A stretch of DNA of 64,000 nt from Nitrospirota bacterium (GCA_963701855.1 CAVPBK010000005.1:32001-96000); one strand, 5' to 3'. Shown: positions 51,343 to 61,685, counted from the first letter of the stretch. Program-made: numbers and translations. Notes: generated by a model not told the origin, from the letters alone.

Positions 51343-52554
51343 TCAGTTCGGAATGAACTTGAAGAGGCCACCGCCTTGAGTCATGACGTAGAGCTCGCCA
51401 TCAGCGTCCTCGCCGAAGCTCGTCACAGAATTGCCCGGCGGACTGAGTAACGGCCATTCTGTCTGCTCTGTGGGCTGGCCATTCTGATAACGGAAGCTCT
51501 TAACAAATCCCGCGCAAAAATCTGCATAGAAGTAAGTGCCTTGCAGCACCGGCATCGCGGATCCTCGGTAGACATACCCACCCGTGACTGCACATGCTCC
51601 GCTCAGGTGGGGATAATCGAGCACCGGCAACGTCAGGCTACCGGAGTTGCAATTCATGGCGGGGTTGAAACACAGAACCCCTTCCATCAACCGCCAACCG
51701 TAATTGGCCTGGCGCCCTGCGTTGGGGGCCACGGCGACATCGATCTCTTCTCTCGCATCCTGCCCCACATCGCCGATGTAGAGGTCGCCTTTTATGCGGT
51801 CAAAGGAGAAACGCCACGGATTCCGTAAGCCCAAACTCCAAATTTGTGGCGCGCCGCCGACGAGAATAAACGGATTAATAATGACCTTGCTGCAGGCCCC
51901 TCCTGTGCTGGGATCGAGCCGAAGGAGTTTCCCGAGCAACGAAGCTAGATTCTGCCCGTTGTTATTTGGGTCGCCGCTATCTCCCCCATCGCCGATCCCG
52001 GCATACAGACACCCATCCGGACCAAATGCCAGCATGCCGCCGTTGTGATTTGAAAAGTTTGGGTGTGCGACTGTCAGAAGCAGCGTACCTGAAGAGGCAT
52101 CGGCAAGGTTTGGGTCCGTGGCATTTCTCAGGTAACGAGCGATGACAATGTCACCAGTGGTGTTCGTGTACAAGATGTAGAATTGGTGATTCGCAGCATA
52201 CTGGGGGTCGAATGCCATCCCCAACAACCCTCGTTCACCACCTGTCGATAGAAGGCTGCTGACATTGAGGAACGCGTCCGCGAGGAGCGAACTGGTTGTG
52301 ACATCGAAAATTCGAATCTGTCCACCCTGCTCGACAATGAAGAGCCGGTTGGTGCCATCGGCAGGCGCGGTCATGAAGACCGGTGAGCTGAGAGTGGTAT
52401 TGATCGGTTGGAGGCGCAGACTAGTGGAATGAGGTAACGGTGCTAACGAGTCTTGGTCCGATCCGTTGCCGGAGCACCCAATCAGGCCTCCTGTACTGAC
52501 AAGGACCAAACCAGTTATCAACAGGAGCTGAATCGGTACCACTAGCCCCCTCAC
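51343..52554 (-). CDS. PQQ-dependent glucose/sorbosone dehydrogenase family lipoprotein
   Basis: Lipobox LIGC, ERGLLGMAFDP, NHNGGMLAFGPDG, GLRNPWRFSFD. Confidence 0.9.
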   Translation of the reverse strand: MRGLVVPIQLLLITGLVLVSTGGLIGCSGNGSDQDSLAPLPHSTSLRLQPINTTLSSPVFMTAPADGTNRLFIVEQGGQIRIFDVTTSSLLADAFLNVSSLLSTGGERGLLGMAFDPQYAANHQFYILYTNTTGDIVIARYLRNATDPNLADASSGTLLLTVAHPNFSNHNGGMLAFGPDGCLYAGIGDGGDSGDPNNNGQNLASLLGKLLRLDPSTGGACSKVIINPFILVGGAPQIWSLGLRNPWRFSFDRIKGDLYIGDVGQDAREEIDVAVAPNAGRQANYGWRLMEGVLCFNPAMNCNSGSLTLPVLDYPHLSGACAVTGGYVYRGSAMPVLQGTYFYADFCAGFVKSFRYQNGQPTEQTEWPLLSPPGNSVTSFGEDADGELYVMTQGGGLFKFIPN

Positions 52555-52737
52555 GTGATGCCAGGCTGTATCTATACGATGAAAAAAACATCAATGCCCC
52601 CTATGAAGATCCCTAGGTGACTGGGTTGCATAAATGATCAAGTGTAATGATCAGGAATGAAATAACCACCGGTCGATGTTTCCGTTGCGTGTGTCATGAA
52701 TCAAGGCGGCGTCACATCAACTGGTTGCCGACCAGAC

Positions 52738-53975
52738 TGGTCGGCCCCCTGATTTTAGGACCAATCTGAGGGAGCGTTTCCGGCATCCTGGCCCCCAGGA
52801 TGGGGAAGGAGGAGGCCATGAAACGGACACGATTCAGTGTCGAGCAGATTGTGGCGGTACTCACGCCGGCGGAGAGGGGACCCCCCGTGGCCGACCGCAT
52901 CCGCCCTCTCGGGATTGCGGAGCAGACGTGCTCCCGGTGGAAGCCGCGGGATGCGGGACTGGAATCGGAACAGGTGCGGGAGTGCAAACCGCTGCAGGAC
53001 GAGAACCCCAAGCTGACGCGCGTGGTGGCGGACTTGTCGTTGGACAAAGTCAGGCTGCAGGACGTCCTCGCAAAACAAGTCTACGGCCCTCGCGGACGCG
53101 GAGTGTGGTGACGTCTCTGTGCCCCGCGTATGCGGTGCGTGAGCGGCGCGCCTGCCGAACCGTCCGCGGTGCGAGGGCCCCCTACGACTATCGGAGTCAG
53201 CGCGATCCCCGCCCCGCACTCCGGCCGCGGCGCAGGGAGATGGCCCAGACGCGGGTCCGGTACGGGTATCGAAACATTCGGGGGCGCCTCAATCGGGACG
53301 GGGGGGCTGTGGGCAAGAAGCTCGGGTCTCGTCTCTCCCGAGAAGAAGGCCTGAGGCTGCGTCGCCGGAGCCCCCGGCGGCGAAAATCGGTGGTGCCCCG
53401 AGTGCACCGGCCGACGGTAACGAGACCGCAGGACGCGTGGCCACGAGACGGTGTGGCGGATCAACTGGTCGAGGGGCGCCGATTTCGCGCCCGCACCGGC
53501 AGCGCTGTGTATACGCGCGAGGGTGTGGCCATTGAGGTGGGCCAGCGTCTTCGCGGCGCGCACGTCGTGGCGGTGTTGACTCGGCGCAACCTCCATCGAG
53601 GCACGCCGAGGAGGCGCTTCTGTGACAACGGGAGTGAGTTCAGGAGTCAGCGAATGGACCGCTGGGCGTATCACAACACGGTCTCCATCGACTGCTCTAG
53701 ACCAGGCACGCCGACGGACCATGCGCACGTGGAATCGTGCCATGCGACGGTGTGACGGGAGGGCCTGAATGCGCACGGGTTCGAGTCACTGCGGGAGGCT
53801 CACGACCGGATCGAGGCCTGGCGGCGTGAGGAGAACGGGAGTCGGCCTCACCGGGCGCTCCAGGCTCGCACGCCCGAGGAATTCGCTAGGGCCCACGCGG
53901 AGAATCAGCGCTGTGAGCCCCGCATCACGGCGGGAAACGCTCCCTAGCAATGGCACAAAATTAAGGAGCCGACCA
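52738..53975 (+). mobile_element. Full-length but heavily mutated IS3-family element
   Basis: IRs TGGTCGGCCCCTGATTTT / AAAATTAAGGAGCCGACCA. Degenerate orfA and orfB, DNGSEF retained, premature TGA at 53753. Confidence 0.92.
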
Positions 53976-54236
53976 AGGCTACGCCTGACTTACATTGCGG
54001 CTGGTACAACTACAGGGGGCAGCGGTTACAAGGGGCTTTCATTGTCTCGTAGGGTAGCTGGAGGTGGTCTAGAGACGATGAACTGGAGATACCCAAAACG
54101 CAATAGCTTACTGCTGACCTTCCGGCTTCTAATCGATTTTGAAGGTTTTCTCTCAGCCTTCTTCAATACGAATGAGGCCAGTCCTCAGGACTGGCCTCAT
54201 CTCTGGGTCTGAACGTCGATCGTCGTATCCTAGGAC

Positions 54237-54539
54237 CTACTTTGCCGACTGTGCGTGCTTAATCATTAGTGCGTGGTCGGTTTCCGTGGTCTTAGCCTCG
54301 ACCGTGTCGCCTGCCTTGAAGGTGCCTTCCAGCTTAGTGGTCTTGTCCACGTGCAGACGAACTTCCTTGCCCGCATCCCTGTGATTCTTCACCACATAAA
54401 ACTCCCCGTCGATTTTCAGCAGGTCCCCATTGACCATCTTCGGGGTGGGTGACTCGGTCACGTCAGCCGCATATAACATGGGTACCATCCCGATACTGAG
54501 GACCAGTGCGAACATGATCAGACCGATGAGCTTCTTCAT
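54237..54539 (-). CDS. Exported small OB-fold-like protein
   Basis: RBS AAGGAGG, signal peptide, GDLLKIDGEFYVVK...GKEVRLHVD...GDTVEA. Confidence 0.75.
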   Translation of the reverse strand: MKKLIGLIMFALVLSIGMVPMLYAADVTESPTPKMVNGDLLKIDGEFYVVKNHRDAGKEVRLHVDKTTKLEGTFKAGDTVEAKTTETDHALMIKHAQSAK

Positions 54540-54653
54540 GACGGAACCTCCTTGTTTGTGATTGTGTTGTAGGACAGAACGTGTGTGTATGAGCTTCTCC
54601 TCCACTGAAATGTGAACTTTCTCAGTGATCCTCTTTCTCTACAGTACTTCTCG

Positions 54654-54881
54654 TCAGTACGGCTTTCCCTGCATGGCTTCCGGCTGAGTTCGCTGATGCC
54701 ACTGGTTCGCCCACTTCATGATCTCATCCTTTTGATCGCCATACCGTTCCTGGGCTTTGCCGACAAACTTGTCATAGTTGCCTTCGATCTGCGTCAAGTC
54801 ATCATCGGTAAACTTTCCATACTGTTTTTTCAGCTCGCCTTTGAACTGCATCCATTTTCCCTTGAGTTGATCCGCGTTCAT
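54654..54881 (-). CDS. csbD: CsbD/YjbJ general stress protein
   Basis: MNADQLKGKWMQFKG...GKFTDDDL...GKAQERYG. Confidence 0.9.
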   Translation of the reverse strand: MNADQLKGKWMQFKGELKKQYGKFTDDDLTQIEGNYDKFVGKAQERYGDQKDEIMKWANQWHQRTQPEAMQGKPY

Positions 54882-54994
54882 GGTGGCTCCTCCTGTGTGA
54901 GATACGCTGTCTCCGTTTTCTATCGATCTGGTCCCTTCATCTCCACACTCGCTCTTCCATTATTCAAACGACAGAAAAATGGTCATGCAGCCGT

Positions 54995-55276
54995 TCAGAC
55001 TTTCCGGAAGTACTGCGTCATCGTCTCCTGAGCTTTCGTGAAACACTTAGGGCAGTAGGTGTGAGTGAGAGGGAAATCGGCCGAATTCACGCCATGTGTC
55101 GTTCGATACGCTCGCGGCGTGACCCAGCGCTCACGCCCAGGGAAAGGTCTGGTCTCGTCTCGAATACGTCTGCAGATACAACAGACGGCGAGCATTTTCC
55201 GGGCGATGCACGTCTCTCTCATCGGAGTAGACGGTGCCATCCGAGTGGTCTCAGTGACTAGTTTTCCCAGAGACAT
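54995..55276 (-). CDS. Small putative zinc-binding protein
   Basis: VCCICRRIRD...THTYCPKC. Confidence 0.55.
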   Translation of the reverse strand: MSLGKLVTETTRMAPSTPMRETCIARKMLAVCCICRRIRDETRPFPGRERWVTPRAYRTTHGVNSADFPLTHTYCPKCFTKAQETMTQYFRKV

Positions 55277-55716
55277 ACGCGAACTCTTTCATTCGTTTAT
55301 TGTTTCTAATATGCCAAAAAGACAGAGTGTCGTCTGATCACAATTGCTCACTTTCTATAAATTTTCGAAGTACGGAGGCAATGCCCTCTCTGGGCATCCT
55401 CTTTCTTTCATTGATGCAACTGAGAGCGGCGTATTTGGCGGGTTCAAAAGGCCTGTGAAATTCTTAACAGATAGCGTTCTGATTTCCTTGAGGATCAAGA
55501 CTAGAATCGCGTGGGGTCAAAAACAAATGATTTTGGCTTTGCGAGACCTGTATAATGCACTCGTTTCGGGAACTCCATTATTCGACATTGGCACCAAAGA
55601 GCAACATGGCCCTACCCGTACCTCGGATCTACACGATGAATCGTCTCCTGGCTGGCCTTTCGGCAGGATGGAGAGGCCTCTATTACAACTGAAGTGAAAG
55701 AGTTGGAGTAGAGCTC

Positions 55717-56046
55717 ATGACGACGAAACCTGCCTTTATCCGAAAGGGTGTGGTGGTGTGGTGGGGCGTCTTATTGGGGATGTCAGGTTGTATATCCGTC
55801 GATCCTCTCCCTAGTTCCTCTGCGTATTGGGAAAGGAAGGAGGTGCCGTACTCGCAGGTGATCACGGATTACAATGCTTGTAAGATGTGGTCCACCGTGA
55901 AGTATGCAGAATCTGAGAAAAGAGAGGAAGTCATCACAGACGGGTTGGGCTATTGGATCCACGTCCCTCTTCTGAAAGAGTGCATGGAGCATAAGGGCTA
56001 CAAGTACGTCGGTCCGGAGGCCGGAAGCCGGTTACATCCTCAGTAA
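55717..56046 (+). CDS. Putative lipoprotein
   Basis: Lipobox MSGC, D...C and C-terminal ECMEHKGY. Confidence 0.65.
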   Translation: MTTKPAFIRKGVVVWWGVLLGMSGCISVDPLPSSSAYWERKEVPYSQVITDYNACKMWSTVKYAESEKREEVITDGLGYWIHVPLLKECMEHKGYKYVGPEAGSRLHPQ

Positions 56047-56089
56047 TCACGGTCGTGAGAAGCCAGCCGACACAAGTCTGACGGGAGAT

Positions 56090-56788
56090 CTACCTCCCAA
56101 AATGCCACATCAGCCCCGCGACAAAATTTTGGGAGTTGTAATCTCCTTTGATCCCGTTAAACCTGACCTCCGTGTTGTTGTACTTGAATTCGCCAAAGAA
56201 TGCCCATTCCGGTGTCAGCACATACCGGGCGCCTGCGACGAACTGAAACCCAGGATTAATTTGGGTGTTCGACAGTCCGTCTTCTGAGCCAGTAGCAAAG
56301 AACAATCCGTACCCGATGCCGCCATAGGGTTGAAAGACCTCGCTCATGGACGGCGAGCGGATGATCAGGTTCACAGCCCAAACACTAAGCCGAAGGGAAC
56401 TGGGCCCGATGCTATCGGCAAACACACTGCCTGATGCCGTCCCGCCCACAATCGTCTGTTGCTTCACGTCTGGTTTCAGGGTGTACAGATCTGTTTCTAC
56501 TCCCAACCAAGGACGCGACTCAAAGAAATAGCCCCCCTTTACACCCCCAAGAAGACCAGACTTGAGTGCAAGATCATTGATGCGGGCGTTTGTGACGCCG
56601 CCTCCCAGGGTTGGATCGGAGATGGTAGTATTCGAGAGCCCACCAGGAGCGGCAATGCCTCCATACCCAGCGAGATACCACTCCGCCTGAGTCGTAGTTG
56701 TCAGAAGGTCACTCACCGTGGCACTCCATGCCAGGAGCAGTCCACCAGTGAGCTAAAGCCTTGCGGAACTCAAACGGATTGTTTTCAT
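56090..56788 (-). pseudogene. Outer-membrane beta-barrel protein with an in-frame TAG (56753-56755) in the signal peptide
   Basis: MKTIRLSSARL*LTGGLLLAW...AEWYLAGYGG, PYGGIGYG, FGEFKY, terminal WHF. Confidence 0.72.
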
Positions 56789-57212
56789 GATGCCGCTTCC
56801 GTGAAAGCTCACCACAAATCCGCAAATCTTTAGTCGCTAGCGTAGCGTAACTCTGTTCCTAGATCAAGAATCCGGAATGCGTATCCATGCTCCCGTGTCC
56901 GATGCGATGACTGGCTCAATTGGAGTAGGCTTGCGCTGTCACCAAGGATCAATAACAGTTGCTTTTGGACCCTTCGAAACGATTCTGCTGATCTCTGGTT
57001 AATCCATAGGATAGCGGTTAGCTTCTCAAATGGTTTTTGATACCTCACGCACAGTAATCTCGGAAGTTGGCTGAATTCAGACCGGAGTTCAAACAAACCG
57101 CAGGTCGAGGTGAAGAAAGTCTGGTCCGACGATGCGTTGTATGTTCGCCCTGTAAAACCCAGAATGTGAATACGTAGCAGCGATGCGACCAGGAGTTCTG
57201 GCCATTCAGCTG

Positions 57213-57596
57213 TCAGCTTGTGTGGGGGGAGGGTAGGACCTCCTGCAATGCCAACCCGAGTTGATCCAGCGAAAATGCCTTCTGAATAAAGGCCGTGGCG
57301 CCCTGGTTCAGCATCTCTTGCTCAACCTCTTCAGTGCTGTGTCCACTAAAAACTACGACCGGTAGGGTGGGGTGTAGTATCCGAAATTGCCGCAGTAAGC
57401 TCCGACCGTCTATTCCAGGCATGTTGAGGTCCAACACGACAGCATCAGGAGTTCGCCGGTGACATAACGTCAACCCTGCCCCACCATTGTCTGCCAAAAT
57501 AACTTCATATCCTCTTTCTTCTAGGACGGCAACTAGGAGGCCCCGGTCGCGGGCATCATCGTCTATGACTAGAATCTTCGTCATGTGAGCCTTCAT
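57213..57596 (-). CDS. Single-domain response regulator
   Basis: ILVIDDD, VVLDLNMPGIDG, FSG, IQK. Confidence 0.88.
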   Translation of the reverse strand: MKAHMTKILVIDDDARDRGLLVAVLEERGYEVILADNGGAGLTLCHRRTPDAVVLDLNMPGIDGRSLLRQFRILHPTLPVVVFSGHSTEEVEQEMLNQGATAFIQKAFSLDQLGLALQEVLPSPHTS

Positions 57597-57962
57597 CCGC
57601 TATTTGATTAACCTGCTGTTTCATCGTCTTTCTGGCGGATCCACTCCTGATAGGCGCCCCGACCGTCCCAGCTCATCCCTACACTGTGGATGAACTCATC
57701 AGCGAAGACGGCACGGTCACGACCAGTAACCCATCATGTCAGTGGAGGCAGCGACGATCCATCATTATCTGCATCTGCTACCACTACCAGGACAGGAGAA
57801 ACCAGGCCCATCAGGGCCCATGTCGAGAGGATCCTGCGTTGTGGTTGCTTGTGGGCTTAGTGGTCTGAAGTTGGGTTTTCGGAAATTCGTAAACCGCAGG
57901 TCACCCGTTCCATCCGGGTTGTCGGCTTAAACTAACCCCGCATTACATCTTTTGAACATCTC

Positions 57963-59376
57963 TGGACTGACCCCCTAGATTGAGACACGGCGAATTGGCA
58001 CACTTGACACACGAAAGGGGGTGGCAGGTGGCCAAGAAACGCGTGGGCAAGTTTCCGAAGGCTTTTCGGCAGATGGCCGTCGAGCGACTGAACCAGTGCG
58101 AGAACATCGTGGCACTCGCGAAGGAACTGGGGATCAGTCGGCGACTGCTGTATATGTGGCGCGAGAAGCTTGAGCCGGTGGCGAGTGGCAACGGTCCCCC
58201 AGCGACTTCGCGGGAATCGACCCTGCGTCACGAGGTGAGTCGCCTGAAGCGGGTGTTGGCCGAGAAGGTCTTGGAGGTGGATTTTTCAAAGGGGCCTTGC
58301 ACACCGTCGAGGCGCGACGCCAGCGGAGCGGAAAAGCTGGCGCGCAGGCCTGGACGCCCACATCCGGGACGTGATGTCGAGGCAAGGCTCATTGAGTATC
58401 GCACGGATGTGTCAGCTGGCGCAGGTCAGCCGGGCGGGTTTTTATCGGTCGCTGCACGCACACCAGCCCATGGAAGAAGAGATGGCGGTGCGGTCGGCCA
58501 TTCAGGGGATCGCTGTCACCCACCGGCGTCGGTATGGCTACCGGCGCATCACAGCGGAACTCCGTCGGCGCGGCCTCCTAGTCAACCACAAACGAGTAGT
58601 GCGGCTCATGCGCGAAGACAACCTGCTGGCGGTCCAGCCACGGGCCTTTGTGGTGACGACCGATGCGCAGCATGACCTGGAGGTGTATCTGAATCTCGCC
58701 CATCGACTGACGTTGACCGGGGTCAATCAACTCTGGGTGGCGGACATCACCTACATTCGGTTGAAGGGCGAGTTCGTCTACTTGGCGGTGCTGCTCGATG
58801 CGTATTCCCGCAAGGTCGTGGGCTGGGCGCTGGACCGCACGCTGGCCGCCCGATTGCCGATCGCGGCGCTGGCGCACGCCCTTGCGGAGCGGCACCTGCC
58901 GCCGGGGTTGGTCCATCATTCCGATCGCGGCGTGCAGTATGCCTCCGAGGCGTACGTGACCCTGCTGCGGACGCACCACATGATTCCGAGCATGAGTCGG
59001 CCGGCCAACCCCTATGACAACGCCAGTTGTGAGCGCGTCATGAAGACGCTCAAGTGGGAGGAGATCTATGCCAATACCTATCGAGATCTCGACCACCTGC
59101 GCGCGAACCTTGCGGCGTTTATCGAGCAGTACGACAATCGCGACCGGTTGCATTCGGCGCTGGGCTACCACTCACCGGACGAGTTCGAGCAGGTGGCCAG
59201 TTCGGCGACCCCTGCGACCGGAACCACCATGCGGTTTTTCAGGCCTCGAGCGCTCGCTCGAGCGGCATCATCAGCCAGGGATCAGGCTGAAGCAACAGAG
59301 GCGGGGTGAGCAGCAACATGCATTAAACTACCAGGTGTGCTAATTCCAAACTGTCTCAGTAGAGGGGTTCACCCCA
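57963..59376 (+). mobile_element. IS3-family insertion sequence (orfA from about 58028, orfB 58371-59309)
   Basis: IRs TGGACTGACCCCCTAGATTGAGACA / TGTCTCAGTAGAGGGGTTCACCCCA. WVADITY, HSDRGVQY, DNA..E..MKTLK. Confidence 0.93.
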
Positions 59377-59711
59377 CTTTGCTGTGCTAAATTTGCGCTA
59401 AAAATCTACACAATGGATCGCATTCTACAGAATCAATGGAATGTATAGAATCATCTCAAACCCTTGTTAGCAAAGAAAAAACGGGGAGACCATTTGAAAC
59501 ACCGAGCCTTTTTAAAAACGTCTTGTTGCCATTCCTAAACCGTTTGTCGTACGTTTAATTCGTATCGGGGGTACCAAATCACACCGCTTGTCCCTACTAC
59601 CGTTCTACTCAGGAATAATCGTCCTCTGCTCAGATGACCCACGTGCCTCGGTCTGCTTTCCCATGTTTTCTTGCCACGTTGTGAAGGCTGAGCTAGACTT
59701 TCTCCACACCT

Positions 59712-61088
59712 ATGGCACGAGCAAAAATATCAGAACCGTCTCGCATGCGGTCCAAAGTTGCCACGATTGAAGAACTCACGCGTGGCGTCGGAGAGCTCCA
59801 GGAGTTCCTCGCACAGGTGGAAGACCTTGGTCGTGAGGGATTCCCTTATCTCGACGCAGCCAGGGCCAGAACAGAGCTGCAATTCCGTGAATGCATTCGC
59901 CGCACGTTTGGTGAGAGATCCCCGGAATTCCAAGAGCATCGTCATCACAGGCTTCTCATGGACACCCCTGAGGAAACGCGGCAGAGCATCGCCCTGATCA
60001 AGACGTTTATTGCCACACTGGAACAGAAAAAACTTAACTTGCAAGGAGGCCCACCTCCTCAACAAATCTCAGCAACGCCAGTGGCTCCACCAATGCCTAC
60101 GCGTCCACAGATGACCATAGTGCCGGCATCGATTTCGACGGTTCAGGTGACCATGACGCAAACAGGACCGATTACGCCACCGCCGGTGGCAACGAACCTC
60201 AACCGTGCTCCAGCCACCGCCGCATCGAATCTACCTCAGCCCCCTCTGGCCCCCGCAGTTTCTTTGCAGCAGTCTGAGCCCCTGAGCCCATCTATAACTC
60301 GGTCTGAACCATCACCGATTTCACCAGCCCCGATTGCGACGGCAGTGCCACATGCCCCGCTGCAACCGGTAGATCTAGGTGCTCAGGAGCCCCAGCCACC
60401 GCCAGCACAAGCGGCACAGATTGCGCAGGTAGATGTATCCCATGTCGTTGGGCCACAGCAGACACTACAACCTGAACCGGAGTCCATCGTGCATCCAATT
60501 CCTTCCGTCAGCCAACAGCCTAAGACACAGGAAACGCCTCCCGTCCTTCCGCATCTGCAGCCTCCTTCCTCGATGTCGATCGGCTCCTCTTTTCCCCAGG
60601 AGGCCGCATCGCAGCTTGCTCAGAACGGATCAACCCCTGTCGAACTTGTGAAAACACTCTGTCATCGATTCCACTCCGTTGCCCGGCAGCTGCGACTCCG
60701 CGGGGAGCATCGAGCCACGTTAAGTGTGGAAGACGAGATCGATGTGCAGGATCTGCTGCATGCATTGCTGCGAATCCAGTTTGACGATATCGATACAGAG
60801 GAATGGACGCCGAGTTATGCCGAAGGAGCCCCTCGCACAACATTTCTACTGAACGACAATCAGCTTGCGGTGCTCGTCAAAAAAACGCGAAATGGTCTCA
60901 CAGCCAAAGACCTCACTGAACAATTACGGATCGATACCGAGCGCTATCTCACCAAAAGCCGATGTACGTCGCTCTTGTGCTTTATTTACGACCCCGATGG
61001 CCGCATCGGTAATCCGAGGGCTTTCGAAACCGCGCTCACCACGGTGAACGGTTCCTTGACCATTGGTGTACTGATTGCTCCGAAATGA
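59712..61088 (+). CDS. Protein with a helical N-domain, long Pro/Gln-rich linker and degenerate DpnII/MboI-like PD-(D/E)XK domain
   Basis: C-terminal DVQDLLHALL...FDDI..EEWTPSYA...VKKTR...CFIYDPDGRIGNP. Confidence 0.75.
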   Translation: MARAKISEPSRMRSKVATIEELTRGVGELQEFLAQVEDLGREGFPYLDAARARTELQFRECIRRTFGERSPEFQEHRHHRLLMDTPEETRQSIALIKTFIATLEQKKLNLQGGPPPQQISATPVAPPMPTRPQMTIVPASISTVQVTMTQTGPITPPPVATNLNRAPATAASNLPQPPLAPAVSLQQSEPLSPSITRSEPSPISPAPIATAVPHAPLQPVDLGAQEPQPPPAQAAQIAQVDVSHVVGPQQTLQPEPESIVHPIPSVSQQPKTQETPPVLPHLQPPSSMSIGSSFPQEAASQLAQNGSTPVELVKTLCHRFHSVARQLRLRGEHRATLSVEDEIDVQDLLHALLRIQFDDIDTEEWTPSYAEGAPRTTFLLNDNQLAVLVKKTRNGLTAKDLTEQLRIDTERYLTKSRCTSLLCFIYDPDGRIGNPRAFETALTTVNGSLTIGVLIAPK

Positions 61089-61243
61089 GGTAAGACATGA
61101 AGAAGTCTAAATCTGTTGTCGCTACGCGTCCCCTATCGTCTGCGGGCTCTCTCGCATTGACAGCGGAGACGGGCATCCGCTACGTTGACGGGAATCCTGC
61201 GGTGCCTTGTACGATTCACGCTCCAGTCGATGGTGGAAGAATC

Positions 61244-61498
61244 ATGTCGGATCGAGCCTACGTGCTTATCAATGTACAGCCAGGGCGCACGAGCGATGTG
61301 GTTCGGGCGTTGTCCGGAATCAAGCAGATCAAGACCATCGATCCCTGCTGGGGCAAGCCCGATATTATTGTGGTGGTGGAAGTGTCGGACCAGGATGCCC
61401 TGACCCAGTTAGTGCTGAGCCGGATTCATGAGATCGATGGCGTCCTCCAAACAGACACCCATCTTGTCTATCGATTAAAGGTCGGTAACGCCAAGTGA
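61244..61498 (+). CDS. Stand-alone Lrp/AsnC ligand-binding (RAM) domain protein
   Basis: AYVLINV.PG...WGKPDII...I..IDGV..TDT. No HTH. Confidence 0.82.
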   Translation: MSDRAYVLINVQPGRTSDVVRALSGIKQIKTIDPCWGKPDIIVVVEVSDQDALTQLVLSRIHEIDGVLQTDTHLVYRLKVGNAK

Positions 61499-61531
61499 CC
61501 GACACTCTTTGCGAATTCAACCTCGCCCTCT

Positions 61532-61685
61532 TAGCAGGCTGCTGAAAAATTCCTCCAGCGGAAGAAGACCGTCATTTGGTTTATTTTGTTTGTCTTGTTT
61601 GTTTGGTTAAACCAGACTAACCTGATCAACTAGATGAACCAAATAAACCAAATGGACCAAATAGACCAAATAACAGACTTGTTTC
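61532..61685. repeat. Intergenic element, type B (IS-like head plus 9-bp periodic inverted arms)
   Basis: TAGCAGGCTGCTGAAAAATTCCTCCAGC, then 4 units like YATTTGGTT and 7 units like AACCAAATA. Confidence 0.8.

Noticed and set aside
52738..53975. Diversity-generating retroelement as the cause of the adenine changes
   Set aside because: No reverse transcriptase or TR/VR pair in the window, and changes are strand-symmetric and essentially only A>C/T>G.
61570..61680. Possible CRISPR array
   Set aside because: Units are 9 bp with no unique spacers, and no cas genes are present.
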